From Mycolicibacterium smegmatis (GTDB taxonomy: Bacteria; Actinomycetota; Actinomycetes; Mycobacteriales; Mycobacteriaceae): a stretch of 32,000 nucleotides of DNA. A model generated the notes under the pieces. It was not told where the DNA came from. It worked only from the letters and a program-made list of their open reading frames with translations, and searched no databases. Below are positions 11,904 to 23,228 of the stretch, piece after piece. Where the stretch lies: NCBI RefSeq assembly GCF_001457595.1, contig NZ_LN831039.1:4350001-4382000 (forward strand), given 5' to 3'. The translations under genes were made by a program, and so were the position numbers. Every line of letters starts with the position of its first letter. The stretch's first letter is position 1.

Positions 11904-13004
11904 CTACCGCGTGCTGGGTGTGACGAACGGCGGTTTGACGACCTCGCACTCGACCGCCCGGCCGCGCACGTCGACCGTGACGCGGGCACCGTCGGCGATG
12001 TCGTGTTCGGTGTCGATCAGCGCCAGCGCGATGCCCACCTTCAGCGTCGGCGAGAACGTGCCCGACGTGGTGACGCCGACGCGGGTGTCCCCGTCGAGCA
12101 CCGCGAGGTCGGCGCGCAGCACACCGCGGCCCAGCGCCTTGAGACCGCGCAGCACGCGCTTGGGGCCCTGCGCCTTCTCGGCGAGCAGCGCGTCGCGCCC
12201 CCAGAACGCGTCCTTCTTCCAGCCGACCGCCCAACCGCAGCGCGCCTGCAGCGGTGAGATGTCCAGCGAGAGTTCGTGGCCGTGCAGCGGGTAACCCATC
12301 TCGGTGCGCAGCGTGTCGCGGGCGCCCAGACCTGCGGGTTCGCCACCCGCGGCGCGCATGGCAGCGACCAGCGCGTCGAACACCACCCCGGCACGGTCCC
12401 ACGCGGGCAGCAGTTCGTAGCCGTGCTCACCGGTGTACCCGGTGCGGCACACGCGCACGAACACGCCTTCGAACTCGGCGTCGGCGTAGCCCATGTAGTC
12501 CATGTCGGTGGGCAGGCCGAGCTTGTCGAGCACCTCGGCGGACTTGGGGCCCTGTACCGCCAGCACGGCGTACGAACGGTGCTCGTTGGTGATGGTCAGC
12601 CCGTCGGGTGCATGGCGCTGCAGTTCCTCGACCACGGTGGCGGTGTTGGCGGCGTTGGGCACCAGGAAGATCTCGTCGTCGGAGACGTAGTAGGCGATCA
12701 GGTCGTCGATCACCCCGCCGGATTCGGTGCAGCACAACGTGTACTGCGCCTTGCCTGGCCCGATCTTGCCGAGGTCGTTGGTCAGCGCGGAGTTGACGTA
12801 GGCCGCCGCGCCGGGCCCCTTGACCAGCGCCTTGCCGAGGTGGCTGACGTCGAACAGGCCCACGGTGCTGCGGGTCGCGTTGTGTTCGGTGACCGTGCCC
12901 GCATAGGAGACCGGCATCAGCCAGCCACCGAATTCGGCGAAGCTGGCTCCCAGCTCGCGGTGGCGGTCTTCCAACGGTCCTTGCAGCAGCTCGTCACTCA
13001 CCAC
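11904..13004 (-). CDS. gcvT: glycine cleavage system T protein (aminomethyltransferase), 366 aa
   Basis: [85 protein letters not shown] are GcvT motifs. Confidence 0.94.
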   Translation of the reverse strand: MVSDELLQGPLEDRHRELGASFAEFGGWLMPVSYAGTVTEHNATRSTVGLFDVSHLGKALVKGPGAAAYVNSALTNDLGKIGPGKAQYTLCCTESGGVIDDLIAYYVSDDEIFLVPNAANTATVVEELQRHAPDGLTITNEHRSYAVLAVQGPKSAEVLDKLGLPTDMDYMGYADAEFEGVFVRVCRTGYTGEHGYELLPAWDRAGVVFDALVAAMRAAGGEPAGLGARDTLRTEMGYPLHGHELSLDISPLQARCGWAVGWKKDAFWGRDALLAEKAQGPKRVLRGLKALGRGVLRADLAVLDGDTRVGVTTSGTFSPTLKVGIALALIDTEHDIADGARVTVDVRGRAVECEVVKPPFVTPSTR

Positions 13005-13057
13005 ACCACCTTATCGATCGGGCCCGCCCGCACGGGCCTGACTGTCACACTCGACGC

Positions 13058-14149
13058 GTGGTCGATTTCGATGCGCTCGAAGCCGCCGGGATCGCCGATG
13101 CCCGCAGGCGTGCCGGGCTCATCTCCTACCTCGACCGGCTGGGTTTCACGGCCGAGGAGATGGTCGACGCCGAGCGCCGCGGCCGGTTGTTCGGGCTGGC
13201 CGGTGACCGGCTGCAGGCCTCGGGGCCTGCGATCCACAGTCTTGCGAGCGCGGCCGACGAACTCGGGTTGCCCGTCGCCGACGTCGAACGCGCGTGGGCC
13301 GCACTGGGCCTCACGGTCGCCGGGGTCGACGTGCCCGCCCTGAGCGGGGCCGACGTGGAGGGCCTGCGGACCTGGTCGGAGATGCGCGCGGTGCTCGGCG
13401 ACGAGGCCGCCACCGGGTTGTTGCGGGTCATCGGCTCGGCGCTGGCCCGCATCTCGGAGGCCGAGTCGTCGATGCTGCGCGCGAGCTCGCCAGACATCAT
13501 GATCGACCAGACCCACGACGAGCTCGCCACCGCGCAGGCCTACCGCACCGCGGCGGCGTACATCCCGCGGATCGGGGCGTTGATGGACGCCGCGCACCGC
13601 CATCACCTGATGAGCACGCGGACCTACTTCGAGCATGTCATCCGCGCGGGTTCGGAGACTGTCGAGTGCGGTGTCGGCTTCGCCGACCTGTCGGACTTCA
13701 CCGCGTTGACGCAGATGCTCACCACGGTCGAGTTGACCGATCTGCTCAACGAATTCAGTTCCGCGGCATCAGATGTCGTACACGCCGCGGGTGGCCGCGT
13801 GGTGAAGTTCATCGGCGACGCGGTGATGTGGGTGGCCACCACACCGCACCTTCTGGCCCTCGCGGCGGTCGACCTGGTGGAGCACCCCAAGGCCAGGCAG
13901 GCGCACGTGCGGGTGCGAGCGGGGCTCGATTTCGGTGCGGTACTCGCGATCAACGGCGACTACTTCGGCAACTCGGTGAACCTGGCCGCGCGGCTGGTGC
14001 AGGCCGCAGAGCCGGGACAGGTGCTGGTGTCGGCCGCCCTGCGCGAGGCGCTGGGAGACTGGCCGGCCACCGGACCGCGGGAGTTGAAGCTGAAGGGTTT
14101 CGATCGACCGATCCCCGCCTTCGCGCTCACTCCCAGGGAGTCTGGCTAG
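13058..14149 (+). CDS. class III adenylate/guanylate cyclase, 363 aa, with N-terminal regulatory region and C-terminal catalytic domain
   Basis: [82 protein letters not shown]: class III cyclase catalytic core. Syntenic with the mycobacterial cyclase of the Rv2212 type. Confidence 0.92.
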   Translation: MVDFDALEAAGIADARRRAGLISYLDRLGFTAEEMVDAERRGRLFGLAGDRLQASGPAIHSLASAADELGLPVADVERAWAALGLTVAGVDVPALSGADVEGLRTWSEMRAVLGDEAATGLLRVIGSALARISEAESSMLRASSPDIMIDQTHDELATAQAYRTAAAYIPRIGALMDAAHRHHLMSTRTYFEHVIRAGSETVECGVGFADLSDFTALTQMLTTVELTDLLNEFSSAASDVVHAAGGRVVKFIGDAVMWVATTPHLLALAAVDLVEHPKARQAHVRVRAGLDFGAVLAINGDYFGNSVNLAARLVQAAEPGQVLVSAALREALGDWPATGPRELKLKGFDRPIPAFALTPRESG

Positions 14150-14153
14150 GGTT

Positions 14154-15713
14154 GTGCGGGTGAGCAACGCACCCGGTTACCAGGCCCCCACCGTCACCGT
14201 CAGCTCGTCGTTGCCCCGCAGGGGCGTCGCCGAGGCAGTTCTGGTGGTCGGCGTCGTCAGCAACGACTCGAACAACAAGAGGTCGGACACCGATTCCGCG
14301 CCGAAGCTGCTGACACCCGCGCCCTTCTTCGACGCCACCGTCGTCACCGCGATCGAATCGGGCCTGCGGGCCCTCGGCGCGACCGGCGGCGAAGGGCAGA
14401 CCCACCGGCTGGTCGTCGACGCATTGCCGGTCGGCAGTGTGCTCGCGGTGGGCCTCGGCAAGGATCGCGACGAGTGGCCCGCCGACGTGATCCGCCGCGC
14501 GGCGGGCAACGCGGCCCGCGCGCTCGACGGCAAGGTCGCCACGGTCATCACGACGTTGTCGGCGTCCGGCCCGCAGGCCCTCTCGGCCGCCGTCGAGGGT
14601 CTGATCCTCGGCGCCTACCGGTTCAGCGACTTCCGCAGCGAGAAGACCGCGCCCAAGGGGCCCGGGCTGACCGCGATCACCGTGCTGGCGCACGACACCA
14701 AGGCGCCGACCAAGGCCGAAGCGCAGCGCGGCGTCGACATCGCGACTGCGGTGGCCACTGCTCGTGACTTCGTCAACACCCCGCCCAGCCACCTGTTCCC
14801 CGATGAATTCGCCAAGCGCGCAAAGGCTTTCGGCGAGTCGGTCGGCCTCAAGGTCGAGGTTCTCGACGACAAGGCGCTGGAGAAGGCCGGGTACGGCGGC
14901 ATCATCGGCGTCGGCAAGGGTTCGTCGCGACCGCCGCGCCTGGTGCGGCTGAGCCACCTCGGCGCCAAGCGCAAGGGCAAGCGCGTCGCGCTCGTGGGCA
15001 AGGGCATCACGTTCGACACCGGCGGCATCTCGATCAAGCCCGCAGCCAACATGCACCACATGACGTCCGACATGGGTGGTGCGGCCGCGGTCATCGCGAC
15101 CGTGGCGCTCGCCGCGGTGCGCCAGTTGCCGATCGACGTGATCGCGACCGTGCCGATGGCCGAGAACATGCCGTCGGCGACCGCGCAGCGGCCCGGCGAC
15201 GTGCTGACCCAGTACGGCGGTATCACCGTGGAGGTGCTCAACACCGACGCCGAGGGCCGGCTGATCCTGGCCGACGCGATCGTGCGGGCCTGCGAGGACA
15301 ACCCCGACTACCTGATCGAGACCTCGACGCTGACCGGCGCGCAGACCGTGGCACTCGGCGCGCGCACCCCCGGTGTGATGGGCAGCGACGAGTTCCGCGA
15401 CCGCGTCGCGAAGCTGTCGCAGGACGTCGGCGAGAACGGTTGGCCCATGCCGCTTCCCGAGGAACTGCGCGACGACCTCAAGTCCACGGTCGCCGACCTG
15501 GCCAACGTCAGCGGATCGCGTTTCGCCGGAATGCTGGTGGCGGGCACCTACCTTCGCGAGTTCGTCGCCGAGGGTGTGCAGTGGGCCCACATCGACGTCG
15601 CGGCGCCCGCGTACAACACCGGCGGGCCGTGGGGCTACACGCCCAAGGGCGGAACGGGTGTGCCTGCGCGCACGATGTTCGCCGTGCTGGAGGACATCGC
15701 GGCGAACGGCTAG
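14154..15713 (+). CDS. pepB: leucyl aminopeptidase (M17), 519 aa
   Basis: [46 protein letters not shown] (M17 signature), [12 protein letters not shown]; start may be GTG 14154 or 14160. Confidence 0.95.
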   Translation: MRVSNAPGYQAPTVTVSSSLPRRGVAEAVLVVGVVSNDSNNKRSDTDSAPKLLTPAPFFDATVVTAIESGLRALGATGGEGQTHRLVVDALPVGSVLAVGLGKDRDEWPADVIRRAAGNAARALDGKVATVITTLSASGPQALSAAVEGLILGAYRFSDFRSEKTAPKGPGLTAITVLAHDTKAPTKAEAQRGVDIATAVATARDFVNTPPSHLFPDEFAKRAKAFGESVGLKVEVLDDKALEKAGYGGIIGVGKGSSRPPRLVRLSHLGAKRKGKRVALVGKGITFDTGGISIKPAANMHHMTSDMGGAAAVIATVALAAVRQLPIDVIATVPMAENMPSATAQRPGDVLTQYGGITVEVLNTDAEGRLILADAIVRACEDNPDYLIETSTLTGAQTVALGARTPGVMGSDEFRDRVAKLSQDVGENGWPMPLPEELRDDLKSTVADLANVSGSRFAGMLVAGTYLREFVAEGVQWAHIDVAAPAYNTGGPWGYTPKGGTGVPARTMFAVLEDIAANG

Positions 15714-17446
15714 AGCACCTGGGAGCGGGCCGCGCGGCGCAGCGCGGCCGGGAACAGGCGTGAGACCCCGTAGGCCACATAGGCTTCCGGGGTCACCGGC
15801 CGCAGCGCCTGGTTGCGCGACACCGCGGAGGTGACGGCCTTGGCGACCTTCTCGGGCCCGTAGCGGCGGGCCTGGAAGGTCTTCTTGACCTGGGCCCGCC
15901 GCGCCTCGACCTGCCCCGCCTTGTGCGCGGGCACGTCGAACCGTGTGGTGTCGACGATCCCGGTGTCGATCATGCCCGGGCACAGTGTGGTGACGCCGAT
16001 CCCGGCGTGGGCGAGTTCGGCGCGCAGGCAGTCGGAGAACATGAAGACCGCGGCCTTGCTCGTGGCGTAGGCGTTCATCGACCCGGCGGGTGAGTAGGCC
16101 GCCATGGACGCGACGTTGACGATGTGTCCGCCTGTGCCCTGCTCGACCAGGCGGCGCCCGAAGGCGCGGCAGCAGTTGACCACCCCGCCGAAGTTGACCT
16201 CGAGCACCCGCTCGTACTGGTCGGCCGGGGTGTCCAGGAAATTACCCGCATGCCCGATGCCCGCGTTGTTGACCACGATGTCGGGCACGCCGTGCGTCGC
16301 GCACACGTCGTCGACGAACCGCTGCACGGCATCGGGATCGGCGACGTCGAGACCGTAGGCGTGGGCCACCCCGCCGGCCTCGTCGATCGCGGTCGCCGTG
16401 GCTTTCGCCCCGGCCTCGTCGATGTCGCTGACCACGATCTCGGCGCCCAGCCTGGCGAACTCCAGCGCCGTGGCACGTCCGATGCCGCTCGCGGCACCTG
16501 TCACCGATACGAGCGTGTCGCTGAAAGCCTTTCGCGGCCTGGCCACCTCGGCCCGGCGCAGGGCGCGGGCCGGTGGCGCGCCTTCCATGTGGTCGACGAA
16601 CTCGCCGACGGCCTGCGCGATGGCGCGCGGGTGCGAGAACGGCGCCCAGTGCCCGGCGTCGAGGTCACGGCGCCACAGCAGCGGCACCCACTTGGACTCG
16701 TCGCGGTAGCCCTCGCCACGCACCACGGGATCCTTGCGGTTGCAGATCAACTGCACGGGCACCTGCACGTAGTGGTCGCGGCGCACGTGGGTGAACGAGC
16801 GGATCGCGTTGGCGCGGTAGATCTTCAGCGAGTTCGCGGCGTCGATGTCGAGGTTCTCGGACTGGAATTTGGGTCCGGGTGTGTCGATGGCCTGCAGGCG
16901 GCGCGCCGCCCCGCGGCGCATCAGCGCGGGCGCGAGCACGGGGATCGAGAACGGGATCCAGTAGCTGAACCGCGAAGCCAGGTTGACGGCCCTGGCGAAC
17001 TGGACGGGGCGGTACGGCCGGGCCAGGCCGCGTCGCACGTAGGCGCCGTAATGGTCGGTGCTGGGCCCCGACACCGACGTGAACGACACCATGCGTGCCG
17101 CCGATCCCTGCCGGCTCAGGTACTCCCAAATCCCCACCGAGCCCCAGTCGTGGGCGAGCACGTGCACGGGCGCGTCGGGGCTCACCGCGTCGATCACGGC
17201 CGAGAAGTCGTCGGCGAAGCGTTCCATCGTGTATGCCGACGTCGCCTTGGGCACGTCGGAGGCGCCCGCGCCACGGTTGTCGTAGCGCACGATGCGGTAC
17301 CGGTCCCCCAGCTCACGCACGACGCCGTCCCACAACACGTGCGAGTCAGGCCAGCCGTGGGCCATCACGATGGTGGGCCGCTCGGGGTCGCCCTGCTGGT
17401 AGACCGCGATGCGCGTGCCGTCCTGGCTGGTGACGAAGGTGTGCAT
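15710..17446 (-). CDS. ephD: EphD-like bifunctional protein: N-terminal alpha/beta hydrolase (epoxide hydrolase-like) fused to C-terminal short-chain dehydrogenase, 578 aa
   Basis: N-terminus [32 protein letters not shown] (nucleophile elbow with Asp), [11 protein letters not shown]; C-terminus [57 protein letters not shown] (SDR YxxxK). Confidence 0.9.
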   Translation of the reverse strand: MHTFVTSQDGTRIAVYQQGDPERPTIVMAHGWPDSHVLWDGVVRELGDRYRIVRYDNRGAGASDVPKATSAYTMERFADDFSAVIDAVSPDAPVHVLAHDWGSVGIWEYLSRQGSAARMVSFTSVSGPSTDHYGAYVRRGLARPYRPVQFARAVNLASRFSYWIPFSIPVLAPALMRRGAARRLQAIDTPGPKFQSENLDIDAANSLKIYRANAIRSFTHVRRDHYVQVPVQLICNRKDPVVRGEGYRDESKWVPLLWRRDLDAGHWAPFSHPRAIAQAVGEFVDHMEGAPPARALRRAEVARPRKAFSDTLVSVTGAASGIGRATALEFARLGAEIVVSDIDEAGAKATATAIDEAGGVAHAYGLDVADPDAVQRFVDDVCATHGVPDIVVNNAGIGHAGNFLDTPADQYERVLEVNFGGVVNCCRAFGRRLVEQGTGGHIVNVASMAAYSPAGSMNAYATSKAAVFMFSDCLRAELAHAGIGVTTLCPGMIDTGIVDTTRFDVPAHKAGQVEARRAQVKKTFQARRYGPEKVAKAVTSAVSRNQALRPVTPEAYVAYGVSRLFPAALRRAARSQVL

Positions 17447-17520
17447 GTTGCCCCCTGCATGACGCCGATGAATGCCGAGACGACAGTATCCAATACCGCC
17501 GGTACCGGGTAGAGGTGGCG

Positions 17521-17964
17521 CTAGCTTTCTTCCAGTTCGCGCCGCATGGCGCGTTTGCGTTCGATGCGGCGGCGCGCGTCGTGGTCACGCATGCGCTGCG
17601 GGTAGCCGGTCTTCTGGACGTCGTAGACCGGGATCTTCAGCCGGTCGGCGAGCCTGCGGGCTCCGCGCTCTCCCCCGGCGCGCCGCCTGGTCCATTCTCC
17701 GTCGGCCGCGACGAGCACCACAGTGACATCGGTGACGGTGGTCCTGGGTTCCACGTACGCCTCGACCCCGGTGTGCTCAGCCACCCATCTCTGCATGTAC
17801 TGGAGGTCGGCCGCGGGGTCGCCCGCACGCACCGATCCTCCGCGGCGGAATCTGTCGAACCATCCCAACCGACCGGTCTCCTCACTGCGTTGGCCCCGTT
17901 TTCGATAGTGCCAGAGCTTTTCTGTGGCCTGGGTAACCCTGAGTTCGTACGAACGGCGGACCAA
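17521..17964 (-). CDS. conserved hypothetical protein, up to 147 aa (TTG start predicted; true start uncertain)
   Basis: ORF MVRRSYELRVTQATEKLWHYRKRGQRSEETGRLGWFDRFRRGG...RIERKRAMRRELEES; composition and position between ephD and dlaT are consistent with a real gene, but the start codon is TTG and no family signature is recognised. Confidence 0.6.
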   Translation of the reverse strand: MVRRSYELRVTQATEKLWHYRKRGQRSEETGRLGWFDRFRRGGSVRAGDPAADLQYMQRWVAEHTGVEAYVEPRTTVTDVTVVLVAADGEWTRRRAGGERGARRLADRLKIPVYDVQKTGYPQRMRDHDARRRIERKRAMRRELEES

Positions 17965-18072
17965 TGACAGGATGGTCCTGACATTCCAGTTAGGTGCCGT
18001 ACCCGGTGCACCTGACTGTGGTAAGCCAGAGTTCGAGTCGTCAAAAGTGACCGTCCGAGGGAGTCAACACAC

Positions 18073-19824
18073 ATGGCCATCTCCGTCCAGATGCCCGCAC
18101 TAGGTGAGAGTGTCACAGAGGGGACGGTGACCCGCTGGCTCAAGCAGGAGGGCGACACCGTCGAACTCGACGAGCCACTGCTCGAGGTGTCCACCGACAA
18201 GGTCGACACCGAGATCCCCTCCCCGGCCGCCGGTGTGTTGACGAAGATCGTCGCGCAGGAGGACGACACCGTGGAGATCGGTGGCGAACTCGCGGTGATC
18301 GGCGAGGCCGGCGAGGCATCCGCCGAGGCACCCTCTGAAGACTCCGCCCCGGCTCCCGAGCCTGAGCCCGAACCCGAGCCCCAGCAGACCCAGCCGACCG
18401 CGGCCCCGGCGGAATCCGTCGAGTCCGCGCCTGCCGAATCGTCGGCCCCGTCGCAGGGCGGCGGGTCGGCCACCCCGATCCTGATGCCCGAGTTGGGCGA
18501 GTCGGTCACCGAGGGCACCGTGACCCGCTGGCTGAAGAACGTCGGCGACAAGGTCGAGGTCGACGAGCCGATCGTCGAGGTGTCCACCGACAAGGTCGAC
18601 ACCGAGATCCCGTCACCGGTGGCGGGCACGCTGCTGTCGATCACCGCCAACGAGGACGACGTCGTCGAGGTCGGCGGCGAGCTGGCGAAGATCGGCGACG
18701 CCGGCGCGGCGGCCGAGCCGAAGCCCGAGCCGAAACCCGAGCCCAAGGCCGAGCCGAAGCCCGAACCCAAGCCGGAACCTAAGCCCGAGCCCAAGGCCGA
18801 ACCCAAGCCGGAACCGAAGCCCGAACCCAAGCCTGAGCCCAAGGCCGAGCCCGCCCCCGCGGCGAGCTCCGACGGTTCCCCCTATGTCACTCCGCTGGTG
18901 CGGAAGTTGGCCGCGGAGAACGGGATCGACCTCTCCACGGTCAAGGGCACCGGTGTCGGTGGCCGCATCCGCAAGCAGGACGTGCTCGCGGCCGCCGAGA
19001 AGGCCAAGGAGGCCAAGCAGGCTCCGGCAGCCTCCCCCGCCGCGGCGGCGCCCGCGGCCCCGGCTGCCGCATCGGCCACGCCTGCCCCGGCGCTCGCACA
19101 CCTGCGCGGCACCACGCAGAAGGCGAACCGGATCCGTCAGATCACCGCGAAGAAGACGCGTGAGTCGCTGCAGGCCACCGCGCAGCTGACGCAGACCCAC
19201 GAGGTCGACATGACCAAGATCGTGGCGCTGCGGGCCCGCGCCAAGGCCGAGTTCGCCGAGCGCGAAGGCGTCAACCTCACGTTCCTGCCGTTCATCGCGC
19301 GTGCGGTGATCGACGCGTTGAAGATCCACCCCAACGTCAACGCCAGCTACAACGAGGACACCAAGGAGATCACCTACTACGACGCCGAGCACCTCGGCTT
19401 CGCGGTGGACACCGACCAGGGTCTGCTGTCGCCGGTGATCCACAACGCCGGTGACCTCTCGCTGGGCGGCCTGGCGCGCGCGATCGCCGATATCGCCGCC
19501 CGCGCCCGGTCGGGCAACCTCAAGCCCGATGAGCTGGCCGGTGGCACCTTCACGATCACCAACATCGGCAGCCAGGGCGCGCTGTTCGACACCCCGATCC
19601 TGGTTCCGCCGCAGGCGGCGATGCTGGGCACGGGTGCCATCGTCAAGCGGCCGCGCGTGATCGTCGACGAGTACGGCAACGAGTCGATCGGTGTCCGGTC
19701 GGTGTGCTACCTGCCGCTCACCTACGACCACCGCCTGATCGACGGCGCCGACGCCGGACGGTTCCTGACCACGATCAAGCGCAGGCTCGAAGAGGGCGCG
19801 TTCGAGGCCGACCTGGGTTTGTGA
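18073..19824 (+). CDS. dlaT: dihydrolipoamide acyltransferase (E2) of pyruvate / 2-oxoacid dehydrogenase, DlaT/SucB-type, 583 aa, two lipoyl domains
   Basis: Two lipoyl domains, each with [13 protein letters not shown], long charged linker, E3-binding domain [35 protein letters not shown], catalytic domain ending [20 protein letters not shown]. Confidence 0.95.
   Translation: MAISVQMPALGESVTEGTVTRWLKQEGDTVELDEPLLEVSTDKVDTEIPSPAAGVLTKIVAQEDDTVEIGGELAVIGEAGEASAEAPSEDSAPAPEPEPEPEPQQTQPTAAPAESVESAPAESSAPSQGGGSATPILMPELGESVTEGTVTRWLKNVGDKVEVDEPIVEVSTDKVDTEIPSPVAGTLLSITANEDDVVEVGGELAKIGDAGAAAEPKPEPKPEPKAEPKPEPKPEPKPEPKAEPKPEPKPEPKPEPKAEPAPAASSDGSPYVTPLVRKLAAENGIDLSTVKGTGVGGRIRKQDVLAAAEKAKEAKQAPAASPAAAAPAAPAAASATPAPALAHLRGTTQKANRIRQITAKKTRESLQATAQLTQTHEVDMTKIVALRARAKAEFAEREGVNLTFLPFIARAVIDALKIHPNVNASYNEDTKEITYYDAEHLGFAVDTDQGLLSPVIHNAGDLSLGGLARAIADIAARARSGNLKPDELAGGTFTITNIGSQGALFDTPILVPPQAAMLGTGAIVKRPRVIVDEYGNESIGVRSVCYLPLTYDHRLIDGADAGRFLTTIKRRLEEGAFEADLGL
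18715..18846 (+). repeat. in-frame low-complexity repeat encoding (EPKP)2EPKA-(EPKP)3EPKA-(EPKP)3EPKA linker
   Basis: Directly read from the translation: [44 protein letters not shown]; 132 nt with 12-nt and 48-nt periodicity. Confidence 0.95.
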
Positions 19825-19876
19825 ACCGGCCCCGGCCGGGGGGAGCTTGCAGGGGATTAGGAGGGGTTGAGGCAAC

Positions 19877-20785
19877 GTGGCCGACGCCGTCATCGCGATC
19901 GCGGGGTCCTCTGGCCTGATCGGTTCGGCGCTGACGTCGGCGCTGCGTGCCGACGGTCACCGCGTGCTGCGCCTCGTGCGCAGGGCCCCGTCCAACCCCG
20001 ACGAGCTGTTCTGGAACCCCGACACAGGTGAGTTCGACGCCACCGCGCTGCACGGCGTGGACGTCGTGGTGAACCTGTGCGGGGTCAACCTGGGCGACAA
20101 ACGCTGGTCGGGCGCGTTCAAGCAGAGCCTGCGGGACAGCCGCATCGGACCCACCGAGGTGCTGTCGGCCGCGGTGGCCGACGCCGGCGTGCCGGTGCTG
20201 ATCAACGCCAGCGCCGTGGGTTTCTACGGCGACACGCGTGACCGGATCACCGACGAGTCGGCCCCTGCGGGCCAGGGCTTCCTGGCCACGCTGTGCCAGG
20301 ACTGGGAGGCCGCCACCGCGCAGGCCGTCGCGGCGGGCACTCGCGTGGTGCTGCTGCGCACGGGTCTGGTGCTGGCGCGCTCGGGCGGCCTGATCGGCCG
20401 GCTCAAGCCGCTGTTCTCGTTCGGGCTCGGCGCACGTCTGGGCAACGGCCGCCAGTACATGCCGTGGATCAGCCTGGAGGACCACATCCGCGCCGTGCGG
20501 TTCACGATGGACAACGACACGATGTCCGGCCCGGTGAACGTCACCGGGCCGGCCCCGGTCACCAACGCCGAGTTCACCTCGGTACTTGGCCGCACACTGG
20601 GCCGCCCGACGCCGTTGTTCGTACCCGCGGTGGCGCTGCGCACGCTGCTGGGCGAGTTCGCCGACGAAGGCCTGCTCGCCGGGCAGCGGGCGATCCCGGC
20701 GGCCCTGGAGAACAAGGGATTCGAATTCCACCACAAGACAGTGCGTGAGGCGCTCGCCCACGTCACCGCACCCAAGGAGCCCTGA
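19877..20785 (+). CDS. NAD-dependent epimerase/dehydratase-like SDR protein (TIGR01777/YfcH-like), 302 aa
   Basis: N-terminal [28 protein letters not shown] nucleotide-binding motif; [16 protein letters not shown]; C-terminal [15 protein letters not shown]. Confidence 0.88.
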   Translation: MADAVIAIAGSSGLIGSALTSALRADGHRVLRLVRRAPSNPDELFWNPDTGEFDATALHGVDVVVNLCGVNLGDKRWSGAFKQSLRDSRIGPTEVLSAAVADAGVPVLINASAVGFYGDTRDRITDESAPAGQGFLATLCQDWEAATAQAVAAGTRVVLLRTGLVLARSGGLIGRLKPLFSFGLGARLGNGRQYMPWISLEDHIRAVRFTMDNDTMSGPVNVTGPAPVTNAEFTSVLGRTLGRPTPLFVPAVALRTLLGEFADEGLLAGQRAIPAALENKGFEFHHKTVREALAHVTAPKEP

Positions 20786-20802
20786 CGAGTACCGTCGATC
20801 CC

Positions 20803-21489
20803 GTGACATCGATCCGTTCGGCCAGCACGCCGGTCGAGGTGCGCCGCCTCGGCACGCTCGACTACACCTCCGCGTGGCAGCTGCAACGCGAGACCGCCGA
20901 CGCCAGGGTGGCGGGCGGCCCCGACACCCTGCTGCTGCTGGAGCATCCGCCGGTCTACACCGCGGGTAAACGCACCGAACCGCACGAGCGTCCGCTCGAC
21001 GGGACGCCCGTGGTGGACACCGACCGCGGCGGCAAGATCACCTGGCATGGCCCCGGCCAGCTGGTCGGCTACCCCATCATCGGGCTCACCGAGCCGCTGG
21101 ACGTCGTGAACTTCGTTCGGCGCCTTGAAGAATCACTCATCACGGTGTGCGCCGAGCTCGGGCTGCACACCGAACGCGTCGAGGGGCGCTCGGGCGTGTG
21201 GGTGCCTGCCGACGACCTGCGGCCCGCGCGCAAGATCGGCGCGATCGGCATCCGCGTCTCGCGCGCGACGACGCTGCACGGGTTCGCGCTCAACTGCGAC
21301 TGCGACCTGTCGGCGTTCTCCTCGATCATCCCGTGCGGCATCACCGACGCCGGGGTGACGTCCTTGACCGCGGAACTCGGCCGCCGCGTCACCGTCGACG
21401 AGGTCGCCGACCGGGTCGCCGCCGCGGTGTGCGACGCACTCGACGGCCGTTTGCCGGTCGGCCACCACGAAACCCTGAACGTAGGATGA
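20803..21489 (+). CDS. lipB: octanoyl-[acyl-carrier-protein]:protein N-octanoyltransferase, 228 aa
   Basis: [74 protein letters not shown]. Confidence 0.95.
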   Translation: MTSIRSASTPVEVRRLGTLDYTSAWQLQRETADARVAGGPDTLLLLEHPPVYTAGKRTEPHERPLDGTPVVDTDRGGKITWHGPGQLVGYPIIGLTEPLDVVNFVRRLEESLITVCAELGLHTERVEGRSGVWVPADDLRPARKIGAIGIRVSRATTLHGFALNCDCDLSAFSSIIPCGITDAGVTSLTAELGRRVTVDEVADRVAAAVCDALDGRLPVGHHETLNVG

Positions 21490-21493
21490 ATCT

Positions 21494-22438
21494 GTGACTG
21501 TCGTGCCAGAGGGACGCAAGCTGCTGCGACTGGAGGTCCGCAACGCGCAGACCCCCATCGAGCGCAAGCCACCGTGGATCAAGACCCGCGCCAAGATGGG
21601 CCCGGAGTACACCGAGCTCAAGGGTCTGGTGCGGCGCGAGGGTCTGCACACGGTCTGTGAAGAGGCCGGCTGCCCCAACATCTTCGAATGCTGGGAGGAC
21701 CGCGAGGCCACGTTCCTCATCGGCGGTGAACAGTGCACGCGGCGTTGTGACTTCTGCCAGATCGACACCGGCAAGCCGGCCGACCTGGACCGTGACGAAC
21801 CGCGCCGGGTCGCCGAGAGCGTGCAGGCCATGGGTCTGCGGTACTCGACGGTCACGGGCGTGGCGCGCGACGACCTGCCCGACGGCGGCGCCTGGTTGTA
21901 CGCCGAGACTGTGCGCTTCATCAAGCGTCTCAACCCCAACACGGGCGTCGAACTTCTGATCCCCGACTTCAACGGCAACCCCGAGCAGCTCGAGGAAGTT
22001 TTCGAGTCGCGTCCGGAAGTGTTGGCGCACAACGTCGAAACGGTGCCGCGCATCTTCAAGCGGATTCGCCCGGCGTTCCGTTACGACCGTAGCCTCGCGG
22101 TGATCACCGCGGCCCGCAACTTCGGTCTGGTCACCAAGTCCAACCTGATCCTCGGCATGGGCGAGACCATCGACGAGGTGCGCACCGCGCTGCGTGACCT
22201 GCACGACGCCGGCTGCGACATCATCACCATCACGCAGTACCTGCGCCCGTCGCCGCGCCACCACCCCGTGGAGCGGTGGGTGCACCCCGACGAATTCGTC
22301 GAGCTCTCGGCCTATGCCGAGGGTCTCGGATTCGCCGGAGTGTTGGCCGGGCCACTCGTGCGGTCGTCCTACCGCGCGGGCAAGCTCTACGCACAGGCCG
22401 CACGGGTGCGATTCGCAGATCAGCCCCCCGTATCCTGA
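21494..22438 (+). CDS. lipA: lipoyl synthase (radical SAM), 314 aa
   Basis: [13 protein letters not shown] and [10 protein letters not shown] cysteine motifs, [37 protein letters not shown] equivalent ([17 protein letters not shown]), TITQYLRPS. Confidence 0.97.
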   Translation: MTVVPEGRKLLRLEVRNAQTPIERKPPWIKTRAKMGPEYTELKGLVRREGLHTVCEEAGCPNIFECWEDREATFLIGGEQCTRRCDFCQIDTGKPADLDRDEPRRVAESVQAMGLRYSTVTGVARDDLPDGGAWLYAETVRFIKRLNPNTGVELLIPDFNGNPEQLEEVFESRPEVLAHNVETVPRIFKRIRPAFRYDRSLAVITAARNFGLVTKSNLILGMGETIDEVRTALRDLHDAGCDIITITQYLRPSPRHHPVERWVHPDEFVELSAYAEGLGFAGVLAGPLVRSSYRAGKLYAQAARVRFADQPPVS

Positions 22439-22442
22439 AGTA

Positions 22443-23195
22443 ATGGCGAAGACGCGCAACACCGCTGAGACGAAAGCTGCGAAGGCCGCGGCGAAGGCAG
22501 CCCGCAAGGAGGCCTCCAAGCAGCGCCGCAGCCAGTTGTGGCAGGCGTTCCAGATCCAGCGCAAAGAAGACAAGCGGCTCGTGCCGTACATGGCGGGCGC
22601 TTTTGTGCTGATCGTCGCGATCGCGGTGGTCGCAGGCCTGCTCATCGGCGGTTTCACGAAGTTCACACTGATCCCGCTCGGCGTGGTGCTCGGCGCGCTG
22701 GTCGCGTTCATCATCTTCGGCCGGCGCGCGCAGAAGTCCGTGTACCGCAAGGCCGAGGGTCAGACCGGCGCCGCGGCCTGGGCGCTGGACAACCTGCGCG
22801 GCAAGTGGCGCGTGACGCCGGGCGTCGCGGCCACCGGCCACTTCGACGCCGTGCACCGCGTCATCGGCAGGCCCGGTGTGATCTTCGTCGGCGAGGGCGC
22901 CCCCAACCGGGTCAAGCCGCTGCTCGCGCAGGAGAAGAAGCGCACCGCGCGCCTGGTCGGCGAGACCCCGATCTACGACATCATCGTCGGCAACGGCGAG
23001 GGTGAGGTGCCGCTGGCCAAACTGGAGCGCCACCTCAACAAGCTGCCCGCCAACATAACCGTCAAGCAGATGGACGCGATCGAGTCGCGGCTGGCCGCGC
23101 TGGGCACCAAGGTCGGTCCGGCCGCGGTCCCGAAGGGTCCGCTGCCGCAGGCCGCCAAGATGCGCGGGGTGCAGCGCACGGCGCGTCGTCGCTGA
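22443..23195 (+). CDS. DUF4191-like integral membrane protein, 250 aa
   Basis: MAKTRNTAETKAAKAAAKAARKEASKQRRSQLWQAFQIQRKEDKRLVPYM..., two TM helices, then PGVIFVGEGAPNRVKPLLAQEKKRTARLVGETPIYDIIVGNGEGEVPL; conserved gene directly after lipA. Start ATG 22443 rather than the upstream ORF start at 22194. Confidence 0.85.
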   Translation: MAKTRNTAETKAAKAAAKAARKEASKQRRSQLWQAFQIQRKEDKRLVPYMAGAFVLIVAIAVVAGLLIGGFTKFTLIPLGVVLGALVAFIIFGRRAQKSVYRKAEGQTGAAAWALDNLRGKWRVTPGVAATGHFDAVHRVIGRPGVIFVGEGAPNRVKPLLAQEKKRTARLVGETPIYDIIVGNGEGEVPLAKLERHLNKLPANITVKQMDAIESRLAALGTKVGPAAVPKGPLPQAAKMRGVQRTARRR

Positions 23196-23228
23196 GTTCA
23201 GCGGTTGACGTAACCGACAATCTGTCGG

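Noticed and set aside
14127-15983. 618-aa minus-strand ORF antisense to leucyl aminopeptidase
   Set aside because: Long antisense ORFs are expected in about 67% GC DNA. It lacks any recognisable motif, while the plus strand encodes a complete M17 peptidase.
17637-18842. 401-aa minus-strand ORF with [11 protein letters not shown] repeats antisense to dlaT
   Set aside because: The glycine/serine repeats are the reverse complement of the EPKP-coding linker, not an independent PE_PGRS-like gene.
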